A stretch of 61,891 nucleotides of DNA, taken from positions 1 through 61,891 of IMG/VR virus record IMGVR_UViG_3300049893_001270; one strand, 5' to 3'. Under the pieces are notes generated by a model that worked only from the letters and a program-made list of their open reading frames with translations, did not search any database and had not been told where the DNA came from. Within the stretch, counting starts at the first letter, position 1, and every line of letters starts with the position of its first letter. Shown here one piece after another: positions 1-8,355 of the stretch. The position numbers were made by a program, and so were the translations under genes. The DNA is from a virus. Its lineage: Duplodnaviria > Caudoviricetes.

Positions 1-39
1 CTCATTCGAGTCCATGCTCGACGAAGCGGAGTACCGCGC

Positions 40-600
40 GTGATCTCAACCCCAAGGGAGTACCCGCTGCTGAATCTGTTTCAGCAGCGGAGGGATGACG
101 AGCTGGAGGAGTTTGTCCGCGCGCATATGAAAGCGTGCGGCATGGCACCGCCCCTCTCGCGTCCATCACGGGAGCTCTCGACCCGCGACGCTGGCGTGAT
201 TGCCTTTCTCGGGCTCGCGCGTCTGCTCAAGACCAGCGCGCTGTTCGCGCCGATGGGAACCGATGTCAGCGACCCCCGCTGGCAAGCAAACGTTGTCGCG
301 GCGGTAGCTGACCAATACGATCCGATCGCGGGTCATCTGCCGCCGTGCGGCAAGAACATCACTGGCGTGCTCGACGAGGCGCTCGTCAAGGCGGGCGTCA
401 ACGGTGAGGGCGAGATTTTTGTTTCGTACGCTCACGCAGGATTCCCCGTCGTGACGTTCTGCGAAAACCCGCACGCGATCCTCCATCACGCTGTGAGGGG
501 GCTTGGTGGTGTCCGCGACGAAACGCCGCTCACGATGCGCGAGCGGATTACGAGGAGTATGATCGACTTCGTCAGCGAGTACGCTGATGTCAACTCGTAA
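40..600 (+). CDS. hypothetical protein
   Basis: 186-aa ORF with GC3-biased codons, abutting the primase gene. Confidence 0.6.
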   Translation: MISTPREYPLLNLFQQRRDDELEEFVRAHMKACGMAPPLSRPSRELSTRDAGVIAFLGLARLLKTSALFAPMGTDVSDPRWQANVVAAVADQYDPIAGHLPPCGKNITGVLDEALVKAGVNGEGEIFVSYAHAGFPVVTFCENPHAILHHAVRGLGGVRDETPLTMRERITRSMIDFVSEYADVNS

Positions 601-602
601 AC

Positions 603-1442
603 ATGCGGTACGGAGAGCTAAAGCAATACGTGCTGGCGCACATCAAGAGCGCCGGTAAGCACCGCATCGCTTGCCCAGCCTGCGAGGAATCGGGTAAGCG
701 AGACGTAAAAAAGTCGCTCGGCATCAACATGGATGCCGGGTTTTTTCACTGCTTCCGCTGCGGCGTCAGCGGCAAGCTGCGTGATACCCCAACCGATCTG
801 ATCGAAGAGGAGGAAACGCAAAGCCCGCAACCAAGCTGGTTTGTACCCGTTGGGTACGGGCCAGGAGCGAGCGCAGAGAGCACCGCGCCCGTGCGAGACT
901 ATCTCGCATCACGCCGGATCGACCATAACGTGATCGTCGAAGCCGACCTTGGTACGGCGTTCGAAGGCCACGCTGCTGGTAGGGTTGTGTGCCCGCTGAA
1001 GCAAGGTGGTGACGATTGGTGGGGCTATTCAGCTCGGCTGATCGGCAAGGTCGCGAACCCTGCTACGCCAAAGTACGTTTACCCGAAAGGGATGCACTTT
1101 GGGCGGCGGATGTACAACCAGCATGTGCTCTCCGTGCCAACGGAGCAGCCCGCGATCGTCACTGAGGGCGTTTTTGACGCGCTCTCACAATGGCCCAACG
1201 GGATCGCGCTGCTTGGTAAACCGAGCGAACGCCACATTCAATCGCTGTGTTTGGCGTGGCGTCCGGTTGTCATCGTGCTCGATGGCGACGCTACGAAGGA
1301 TGCTTGGCAGCTAGCCGTTCGGCTGCGGTTGGAATCTGTACCATCGGGGATGGTACAGCTCCCTGTGGGGCTCGATCCTGATGAAGTGGATCGAGAATGG
1401 CTTGAAAGAGAAGCCGTTAAATCTCTCTCCGAGAAGCTGTAA
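603..1442 (+). CDS. DNA primase (Zn finger + TOPRIM)
   Basis: N-terminal CPAC...HCFRC zinc finger; TOPRIM motifs VTEGVFDAL and LDGD; C-terminal GLDPDE. Confidence 0.9.
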   Translation: MRYGELKQYVLAHIKSAGKHRIACPACEESGKRDVKKSLGINMDAGFFHCFRCGVSGKLRDTPTDLIEEEETQSPQPSWFVPVGYGPGASAESTAPVRDYLASRRIDHNVIVEADLGTAFEGHAAGRVVCPLKQGGDDWWGYSARLIGKVANPATPKYVYPKGMHFGRRMYNQHVLSVPTEQPAIVTEGVFDALSQWPNGIALLGKPSERHIQSLCLAWRPVVIVLDGDATKDAWQLAVRLRLESVPSGMVQLPVGLDPDEVDREWLEREAVKSLSEKL

Positions 1443-1523
1443 GCGGCTTCTTGCAGAAAAAAAGATTCTCCTTTTGTCGCTTTGAGACGGGGGTGCGCAT
1501 ACCTCTGTCGGTCCCCAAGAATT

Positions 1524-1680
1524 CAGATAGATTGATGAATGCTTGATTAGATTGATTGATTCTTACGCTTGATGATCTCGCTGAGAGGCCCCCGGCCTCT
1601 CAGCCCAATTCACCGTACGTTAGCTTCGCTAACGTACTCGCGAACGCTTCCGCGTTCGCATCTTTTCTAATTCTCTAAAT
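1524..1680. promoter_or_regulatory. candidate replication origin/regulatory region: AT-rich GAT(T) repeats plus three tandem hairpins
   Basis: TAGATTGAT at 1528 and 1548; perfect inverted repeats at 1580-1604, 1615-1637 and 1640-1659; directly downstream of primase. Confidence 0.5.
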
Positions 1681-1696
1681 CGGATGGAGACGCTCA

Positions 1697-2917
1697 ATGA
1701 ACATCGATATGCAGAAGATCATCTTCGTTTCGCTGCACACTCCCCGTGGCAAGCTGGTGGGAAACCAGCTCAATTGGGGACTCCCTGTCGTGCTTTGGTC
1801 GGCACCCTCTGCTGCTAAGACCGAAACCATCGCAGCGATGGCGAGCGCAGCCAACGTGACGCTCAAAGTGCTCTCTCCCGGCCGACACGGTGAGGGAGCG
1901 TTCGGGATCGTGCCCGTTCCGATCACCACGAACGGACACGTTCGCATTCACTACCCCGCTCCAGAGTGGATCGATACGTTTCCCCAGCGGGGCATCGTGT
2001 TTCTCGATGAAATCTCGAACGCGCCGCCGAGCGTGCAGTCTCCGCTCTTGGAGCTGGTGAACTCCAAGATGATCGGTGACGCGACGCTCGGGCGCGGAGT
2101 GCGTGTGATCGCTGCGGCGAATCCCCCGGAGATGGCTGCGAACGGCTACGACATGAGCCTGCCGTTGAGCAACCGTTTCGGTCACTTCGACGTGACCCCA
2201 CCGAGCGCGTCCGAGTTCGCGGAGTTCATCACGAGCGGCGGCACGGGCGCATCCAACAACGCTCCATCGACGCCGTTCGACGTGATCGAAGACAAGGTTG
2301 CGGCCGAGTGGCCCGTCGCTTGGGCCAAGGTGGCTGGCCCGGTCAGCGCCTTTCTCAAGACCAACGAGCGCCTGCTGCACAACGTGCCGAAGCGTGGCGA
2401 AACTGGCTACGGTGGTGCGTGGCCGTCGCACCGTACCTGGGAGCTCGCCTGCCGAGCAATCGCCGGTAGCCGCATCCACTACCCCGGCGATGCGACGCTC
2501 GAACACACAATGTTGCGTGGCTTCGTCGGTGATGGCGCAGCCACCGAGCTGGTTTCGTTCCTCAAGAACCAAGACCTGCCCGACGTGGAGCGGCTGCTCG
2601 ACGGCAAGCTGACGTGGCGGCACAACAAGAGCCGCCTCGACGTGACGCACGCAGTGATCGGGTCCGCGGTCGCGCTCATCAAGAGTATGCCGCCGACCGC
2701 AGCGACGCGTAAGCCACGCGCCGAGGTGATGGCAGACATCCTGATGGGCGTGATCAACGACGGCGCGCCGGATCTCGCTGGCTCCGCTGTGAAGTATCTC
2801 GTCGATCCGCGGTCGGCGCTGTTCGACGGGCATCTCAACAACAAGACCGTCATCGCTCTCCTCCGAGCGATGAAGGACTTCACCAGCCAGATCGTCTCGC
2901 TGGAATCGCAAATCTGA
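1697..2917 (+). CDS. MoxR-like AAA+ ATPase
   Basis: Walker A-like WSAPSAAKT, Walker B FLDE, sensor AAANPP, LSNRF arginine finger, PSHRTWE motif. Confidence 0.85.
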   Translation: MNIDMQKIIFVSLHTPRGKLVGNQLNWGLPVVLWSAPSAAKTETIAAMASAANVTLKVLSPGRHGEGAFGIVPVPITTNGHVRIHYPAPEWIDTFPQRGIVFLDEISNAPPSVQSPLLELVNSKMIGDATLGRGVRVIAAANPPEMAANGYDMSLPLSNRFGHFDVTPPSASEFAEFITSGGTGASNNAPSTPFDVIEDKVAAEWPVAWAKVAGPVSAFLKTNERLLHNVPKRGETGYGGAWPSHRTWELACRAIAGSRIHYPGDATLEHTMLRGFVGDGAATELVSFLKNQDLPDVERLLDGKLTWRHNKSRLDVTHAVIGSAVALIKSMPPTAATRKPRAEVMADILMGVINDGAPDLAGSAVKYLVDPRSALFDGHLNNKTVIALLRAMKDFTSQIVSLESQI

Positions 2918-2926
2918 GCGAGAGCC

Positions 2927-2970
2927 GCCCGTGATGGTGCACGCTGGTTCGACTCCAGCGCACGGGCCTA
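2927..2970 (+). ncRNA. armless tRNA-like minihelix (acceptor-like stem + T-arm)
   Basis: GCCCGTG/CACGGGC 7-bp stem enclosing CGCTGG-TTCGACT-CCAGCG T-arm; only an 8-nt linker where D and anticodon arms would be. Confidence 0.5.
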
Positions 2971-2977
2971 CACAACG

Positions 2978-3298
2978 ATGGACAATCAAGCTCTTGTAGA
3001 GTTGCTCATCGAGCTTGTTCTGACCGGGCAAGCCTATGTGGCGGACGTTGTCAGGATCACAGGCATCGAACCACAAACGGTGGCAGCTCACATACGCGGT
3101 AGTGAGTTCATCAAGCTCGTACGCGGGGGCACGTCGCCCAGCTATGGCTACCTCACGATGCGCAACCGTGACGAAGCGTACGCTTTTCCAATCAGGTCCA
3201 TCGTCTACGACTTTTACTTTACGCTTAAACTATCACCGCCTACACCAGACTTCATCGATCTGGTCGTCGAGCACTACCGGATCAGAAAGACGTTCTAA
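2978..3298 (+). CDS. hypothetical protein (possible HTH)
   Basis: 106 aa; stop overlaps the next ATG (TAATG). Confidence 0.55.
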   Translation: MDNQALVELLIELVLTGQAYVADVVRITGIEPQTVAAHIRGSEFIKLVRGGTSPSYGYLTMRNRDEAYAFPIRSIVYDFYFTLKLSPPTPDFIDLVVEHYRIRKTF

Positions 3299-4554
3299 TG
3301 CAATTGAGCCCTGAGAAAAAGCTGGCCGCCGCAAGGTGGCTCGCGCTGAAGAAGATGCCGTACTTCAGCAGCGTGCTTCTCGGCCTGCGCCCTGTGCGCA
3401 TCGAGAACATGAACCCGCCCACGATGGCTGTCACATCCGACGGTCGCTTGCTGTGGTGCGACGAGGATCTCAACAAGTTGAGCGTGGCCGAGGTCGCCGC
3501 CTCGCTTTTGCACGAAGTCGGGCATGTCATTCTGCGGCATCACGACCGCAGAGCAGCCTACGGGGCTGACCCGGCGACGTTCAACATCGCTGGGGACATG
3601 GAGTGGAACGATGATCTGCGCGAAGCAGGTCTGAAAATGTTCACGATGGTGCTCCCCGAGCACGCTGGGTTCCCCGCGGGTAAGACCGCTGAGTGGTACT
3701 ACAACGAGCTCGTGAAGAAAGAGTCGCACGGGGTGCGTCAACCTCACTGCGGCTCTTGCTCTGGGCACAAGCACCCGCAAGAGCCCAACGACGGCGACGG
3801 TGGCGGGCAACCCAACGCGCAGAATCAAGGCGGCAATCAGCCGGACGCCAACGGTCAGAGCAACGCTCCCGCTCCTGGCATGACCAAGAGCGAAATGGAG
3901 TCGATGCTGGCCCAAGCTGCGCGCGACATCAAGGACGCGGCCGAGAAGCGTATCGGGAATGTCCCTGGTGGGCTGGTTCGCTGGGCCGACGCCCAGCTTG
4001 CCCCGCCTGTGGTGGATTGGCGTCGGCAGCTCGCGCAGCACGTCAGGTTCAACCTGCAACGTGCCGAGGGTGAGCACGACCGCACATACGCGAAGCCGCA
4101 CCGACTGCAACCTGCGCTGGGGTACGGCCCCGGTCGCCCGCTGCTCGCTCGTAGCGTTGGGTACAAGCAGCGCATCCTCGTGGCGGTGGATACATCGGGC
4201 TCCATTGGCACCGAGGAGCTCAACCTGTTCATGCCAGAGATCGACGCCGTGCTCCGCGCAGTTAACAGCGAAGTACACTTCGTTTCGTGCGACGCGCGGA
4301 TCAACGACGCGGGTAAGATCAACCACTGGCGCGACGCACTCAAGTTGCTCAAGGGCGGTGGCGGAACGGACTTCAATCCCGTGTTCGAGTACGCGAAGAA
4401 CATGCCCGAGCGACCGACGCTGGTCATCTTCTTCACGGACGGCTATGGCCCTGCGCCGCTCGTCGAGCCGCATGATATGGCGACGATCTGGCTGCTGACC
4501 CCATCGTCCATGCGCCCAGCGAAGTGGGGCACATACATCGACCTCAAGAAGTAG
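3298..4554 (+). CDS. HEXXH metallopeptidase-like + vWA domain protein (DUF2201-like), MoxR partner
   Basis: TMAVT-DG, HEVGH, FNIAGD, Q/N/G-rich linker, MIDAS DTSGS, GGGGTDF, FTDG. Confidence 0.88.
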   Translation: MQLSPEKKLAAARWLALKKMPYFSSVLLGLRPVRIENMNPPTMAVTSDGRLLWCDEDLNKLSVAEVAASLLHEVGHVILRHHDRRAAYGADPATFNIAGDMEWNDDLREAGLKMFTMVLPEHAGFPAGKTAEWYYNELVKKESHGVRQPHCGSCSGHKHPQEPNDGDGGGQPNAQNQGGNQPDANGQSNAPAPGMTKSEMESMLAQAARDIKDAAEKRIGNVPGGLVRWADAQLAPPVVDWRRQLAQHVRFNLQRAEGEHDRTYAKPHRLQPALGYGPGRPLLARSVGYKQRILVAVDTSGSIGTEELNLFMPEIDAVLRAVNSEVHFVSCDARINDAGKINHWRDALKLLKGGGGTDFNPVFEYAKNMPERPTLVIFFTDGYGPAPLVEPHDMATIWLLTPSSMRPAKWGTYIDLKK

Positions 4555-4563
4555 GAGCGCCCA

Positions 4564-4932
4564 ATGGCAGCATCAGTTGAGCAATTCGATACAACGCCGC
4601 TCACTCCCGACCAGCGCGCGATCGTCGTTGCGTTTGGCAGAGAGCTCGGTACCTGCCGCGTAACCGGAGTGCGCATCGACGGGTTCGCCCAGCGGTGCGG
4701 CAGTCAACTGTACCCGCTCACGGCGAAGATCCTCAAGTCGTACAACGAGTACGAGGAGACTGCTTTCGTCGAGGTTCGCCAAGCGTGGCTGGCCGTGATG
4801 TTCGCGTGCGGCGTGAGCGACATACTGGTCAACGGCACGAGCGACGATCTCACGGAGGAAGCAGTGAAGCTGCTTGCCGAAGAAGTGGTCCCGGTCATCA
4901 AGTCGGCGCTCGAAGTGAAGGACACGCTGTGA
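4564..4932 (+). CDS. hypothetical protein
   Basis: 122 aa with upstream AGGAG. Confidence 0.6.
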   Translation: MAASVEQFDTTPLTPDQRAIVVAFGRELGTCRVTGVRIDGFAQRCGSQLYPLTAKILKSYNEYEETAFVEVRQAWLAVMFACGVSDILVNGTSDDLTEEAVKLLAEEVVPVIKSALEVKDTL

Positions 4933-5210
4933 CCACGCTGACCTGGGCCGACGCGCTCACCGCGATCAAGTCGCGCTCCAAGTTCATCGAGCGCGTCAAC
5001 GTTCAACACGAGAAGCAGGAACAAGACTCGCACGACATCGAGTCGGCGCTCACGGCCAGCTTGTTCATTGTCTCCGAGCAGATCGGAGCCAGTGAGTACA
5101 CCGTGCATATCGCGATTCAGTCGGATCAGATTCCGTCCGAGTGGGTCGAGCGAATGTTGGGCATCCTCGACTCGGACGAGCTGGTCGAGGCAATCGCGGA
5201 GCTGTTCTGA
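4929..5210 (+). CDS. hypothetical protein
   Basis: GTG start overlapping the previous TGA (GTGA). Confidence 0.6.
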   Translation: MTTLTWADALTAIKSRSKFIERVNVQHEKQEQDSHDIESALTASLFIVSEQIGASEYTVHIAIQSDQIPSEWVERMLGILDSDELVEAIAELF

Positions 5211-5653
5211 TGTACGACGCGGACAAAGCGATCTCGTACTTTATGAGCTACACATGGGTGGTAGCTCAGAGCTTCATCGATCTGCTGGATGACAGCGGTA
5301 AGAACTTCGAGCCGGTCCTCTCGATCACCGATCTTCAAATTGCGCTGCGCAACTGGCGGCAGCAGTTCGTCAAACTGCGCGGTGCGCCCGTCGTAGCGCC
5401 GCTGTTGTTCGTAACGGACATCATCTACATCGATTCTGGGTACAAAACCTACCCAGCGGTTCGCCTCGACGTGACGCAAGCACTGTCGCTGCGCAGGCAC
5501 TCCAAGCAGGACAGCTACTGGCGACCGGCGACGATCACCGAGCGGGCGCACGAGCAGTACATCGAGTCTGTCGCGAAGTATCTTTTCAAGCCTTGTTACG
5601 CCGACATGGTGCGTAACTCGCTCACCTTCAAGCATCTGAACAACACATTTTGA
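5210..5653 (+). CDS. hypothetical protein
   Basis: ATG overlapping the previous stop (TGATG). Confidence 0.55.
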   Translation: MYDADKAISYFMSYTWVVAQSFIDLLDDSGKNFEPVLSITDLQIALRNWRQQFVKLRGAPVVAPLLFVTDIIYIDSGYKTYPAVRLDVTQALSLRRHSKQDSYWRPATITERAHEQYIESVAKYLFKPCYADMVRNSLTFKHLNNTF

Positions 5654-5664
5654 GGAGAGATCAA

Positions 5665-6528
5665 ATGAACATCATCGCTACGCCGAGCATCAACGGAGTC
5701 ACGGGTGGGGTCGTGTACTGGACGCTCAAGGGAGCCATCGCGCACGACACCCTGCGCGATGCGTGGGACATGGAGGGGCTCGACGCCGACCTGCTGCCCA
5801 GCAAGCCCAGCATCGCGCAGGCCATGCACCGCGCGATCGGGGACGCGTGCGACGAGACGATCATCGCACGCAGCGCACCGGGCACCAACAGCGGGTACAA
5901 CCTGCTGCGCCAGACGATCCGCAACGGTCGCCCGTCGTACGATACGCGCTGGTTCGCGGTCGCGCCTGCCAAGCTCCCAGGTGCCCCGGCGGTGCTGGAC
6001 GTGGCGACGCTGATGAGCCCCTCGGACGCCGAGGGTACGCGTATCGCGGACACGGTGGCCGACAGCTTCGCACGCCACCTGACGTTGCTCACGTCGAGCG
6101 ACATCGGCGCGTGGCTCGTGTCCCTGGCGAAGAGCCTGCACGCAACCCCGCTGCGCCAGACGGGCGGTATGTACTTCATTCCGGCTGGTAAGCTGGAGTT
6201 GTGGATGCGCTGGAGCGCCGCGCTCGAAGTGACGGGAGCGGCGACCATGTTCTGCATCCCCGCGATGCCCACGCAGGGCGTCATCAAGGCTGTGATCGAC
6301 GCGATCACGAACGAAACGGCTGACTTCGTCAGCGACATCGACGCGAAGATCGAGAAGTCTGGTCTGCGCGCGCTCGACTCTCGCAAGCGCGACATCGACC
6401 TGTTCGCTGGCAAGATCGAGTCGTACGCAGCGATCATCGGTGACGCGACCAATGGACTGAACGAGAAGCTCGACGCGCTGAAGACGCGGGTGGAAGCCGC
6501 ACGGATGTCGGCGTTCGCTGATCTGTGA
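5665..6528 (+). CDS. DUF3150/DUF6744-like protein
   Basis: GxVYW...L..AW...GL...LP..P...A..RA N-terminus, GGMYFIP, C-terminal coiled coil; GAGGAG RBS; near the MoxR-vWA genes. Confidence 0.5.
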   Translation: MNIIATPSINGVTGGVVYWTLKGAIAHDTLRDAWDMEGLDADLLPSKPSIAQAMHRAIGDACDETIIARSAPGTNSGYNLLRQTIRNGRPSYDTRWFAVAPAKLPGAPAVLDVATLMSPSDAEGTRIADTVADSFARHLTLLTSSDIGAWLVSLAKSLHATPLRQTGGMYFIPAGKLELWMRWSAALEVTGAATMFCIPAMPTQGVIKAVIDAITNETADFVSDIDAKIEKSGLRALDSRKRDIDLFAGKIESYAAIIGDATNGLNEKLDALKTRVEAARMSAFADL

Positions 6529-6542
6529 TCGGTGGTGAAGCG

Positions 6543-7082
6543 ATGGATGAGGAGCAGTTCATCGACAGCGCGGTATCGCGCGCCATCAGGCGGTACAAGA
6601 ACACGGCGTGGTGGTCCGAGCGGGAGGAACTCGGGCAGCAGCTTCGCGTCGAGTTGTTGGCGTCCATCCGTGCGGTTGGCTTGCCACGCACAAAAGAGCT
6701 GGCCTCGGTGATCGCGCACCGATCGTTGGCGCGGCACATTCGCAAGTTTCGGCTGCCAGTGAGCGGCGATGTCTGGCGTGAACAGCGCACAGCGCACATA
6801 TCCCGAGCGGGAGACGAGGTGCTCGATACCACCGTCTCTCACTTCGAGAACCCAGAGGCTCACGCGATCTCGTCCGAGCGGACGCGCATTGTCCGCGCGT
6901 ACGTTGGTCTGGTGTACACGGACAGCAAGGACATCGACATCTGCCTCATGTGGGCAGATGATGTGCCCCTGTTCGAGATCGCTCGTAGAATGGGGTGCAG
7001 CATCGGCACCGTGGGCAACCGCATTCGTCGCCTACGACAAGTGCTGGTGCGGTCCCGGCTGCGGGAGCTTTGGTTGGACTAA
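6543..7082 (+). CDS. ECF-like sigma factor / sigma70 region-4 HTH protein
   Basis: EELGQQ region-2-like segment; C-terminal EIARRMGCSIGTVGNRIRR HTH. Confidence 0.7.
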   Translation: MDEEQFIDSAVSRAIRRYKNTAWWSEREELGQQLRVELLASIRAVGLPRTKELASVIAHRSLARHIRKFRLPVSGDVWREQRTAHISRAGDEVLDTTVSHFENPEAHAISSERTRIVRAYVGLVYTDSKDIDICLMWADDVPLFEIARRMGCSIGTVGNRIRRLRQVLVRSRLRELWLD

Positions 7083-7135
7083 TGCGGTGGTAGCGGGACT
7101 GCACATCCCGCACGCCGCTAACAAAAAAAACAGGA

Positions 7136-7750
7136 GTGCCTATGATCAAAGTCGAATCTGTGGAGATCAACAAGCTCCACAAGCAAAGCCGAAATCCCAA
7201 TTCGATGGGTGAGGCAGAGATGGCTGCGCTCCGCGCTTCGATCGAAGAGTACGGATTTCTTCAGCCAATCCTCGTACGCAGCCGAGAGGATGGCTTCGAG
7301 ATCGTCGATGGACACCATCGACGCGACGTGATGGCGAGCATGGGAGCTACGACGATCCCAGCGGTTGTCGTGGACAACCTGTCGCGTCGGCAGATCGACA
7401 TGCTCCAGCTCGCCATGAACAAGAATCGAGGATCGCTCCAGCTCGACGTGGTCGAGGCGATCTTTCGTGATCTGATGGAAGACGGACTCTCCGATCGAGA
7501 GTTGCTCGCCACGGGGTACTCTGACGAGGACGTGAACCGGCTACTGAAGCTGTCGGCGGCTGACACCGCCCCTGTGAAGGCTGGCGGCGCGTCGAGCGAC
7601 ATGGAGTTGCCGAGCAGGCCCGTGTCGTTGGAGATCCCGATGGAGAGCGCAGAGCAGCTCCGCATCGTCAAGGACAAGCTGAAGAAGGCCAGCGGCAAGG
7701 CCAGCGACGTGACAGTGGGGCTGCTCAACCTGTTGGGGATGATCGAATGA
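7136..7750 (+). CDS. ParB/Srx-like N-terminal domain protein (paralog 1)
   Basis: NP..M, LRASIEEYGFLQPILVR, EIVDGHHR. Confidence 0.85.
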   Translation: MPMIKVESVEINKLHKQSRNPNSMGEAEMAALRASIEEYGFLQPILVRSREDGFEIVDGHHRRDVMASMGATTIPAVVVDNLSRRQIDMLQLAMNKNRGSLQLDVVEAIFRDLMEDGLSDRELLATGYSDEDVNRLLKLSAADTAPVKAGGASSDMELPSRPVSLEIPMESAEQLRIVKDKLKKASGKASDVTVGLLNLLGMIE

Positions 7751-8064
7751 ACGCCGCAGAGTCGCTGATGTCTTTGACGGTTACTACCATCACCGACGCG
7801 ATCACCGATCTGCTGGACGAGTGCATTGGCGAAGTAGAGCTCTCGGCCGAAGCCGAGAACTGCTCGCGCAGTGTGAGCACGCCAGTGTTCGTGTATGTCG
7901 CGCTCACGGACAACGGGCGCAACCGAATCTACGCTCGTGGCAAGTACCCGACGGATCTACCGCTGCCGAGCCCAGGGCAGAAAGTGCGGCTCGTGGGGAA
8001 GTTTGTTTTCTACCCGCCGAAAGGCAATCTCCAGTTTCACTTCTCACACATGGAGTTGGCATGA
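7747..8064 (+). CDS. stand-alone OB-fold resembling the exonuclease VII large-subunit N-terminal domain
   Basis: LTVTTITDAITDLL...AE.ENC...VYVALTD...P..GQKV.LVG....Y.PKG.LQ follows the XseA OB pattern; no catalytic domain. Confidence 0.6.
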   Translation: MNAAESLMSLTVTTITDAITDLLDECIGEVELSAEAENCSRSVSTPVFVYVALTDNGRNRIYARGKYPTDLPLPSPGQKVRLVGKFVFYPPKGNLQFHFSHMELA

Positions 8065-8348
8065 CAGAGCCAGAACCCCGCAAACGCGCAGCGTACGTGT
8101 ATCAGCACGACAAGCAGCGCGAGTACGCGATGGTCGGGATGATCCCCGCCATTGCCGTGTGCAAGGCGCTCGGACTGAGCCCGAGCACAGTGAACCGCAA
8201 GCTGGACGCTGGGAAAATCTCTGGTATGAGAGATGGCAAGCGTCGCTTCATCTCCGTGGAGTGGCTGCGCTCCAATTATCCGATTGGGTCGGAGGAGCGA
8301 GCCAAACTCGACATCTTGATTGCGGAGGTGCTCGACGACGCGCTCTAG
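8061..8348 (+). CDS. excisionase/HTH_17-like DNA-binding protein
   Basis: AVCKALGLSPSTVNRKLDAGKI.G...GKRRFI. Confidence 0.65.
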   Translation: MTEPEPRKRAAYVYQHDKQREYAMVGMIPAIAVCKALGLSPSTVNRKLDAGKISGMRDGKRRFISVEWLRSNYPIGSEERAKLDILIAEVLDDAL

Positions 8349-8355
8349 GCGTCGA

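Noticed and set aside
1694-3091. Long antisense ORFs (also 3295-4473, 5661-6863, 55366-57267, 60315-61817 and others)
   Set aside because: These are shadow frames of GC3-biased real genes; they carry no motifs or RBS and fully overlap well-supported CDSs.
5210-5260. MYDADKAI as an outlying member of the A-D motif family
   Set aside because: Only a partial match in a longer, isolated protein; compatible with chance.
8061-8348. Excisionase implying an integration module
   Set aside because: No integrase is present in the window and the HTH_17-like fold is common in regulators; lifestyle cannot be determined.
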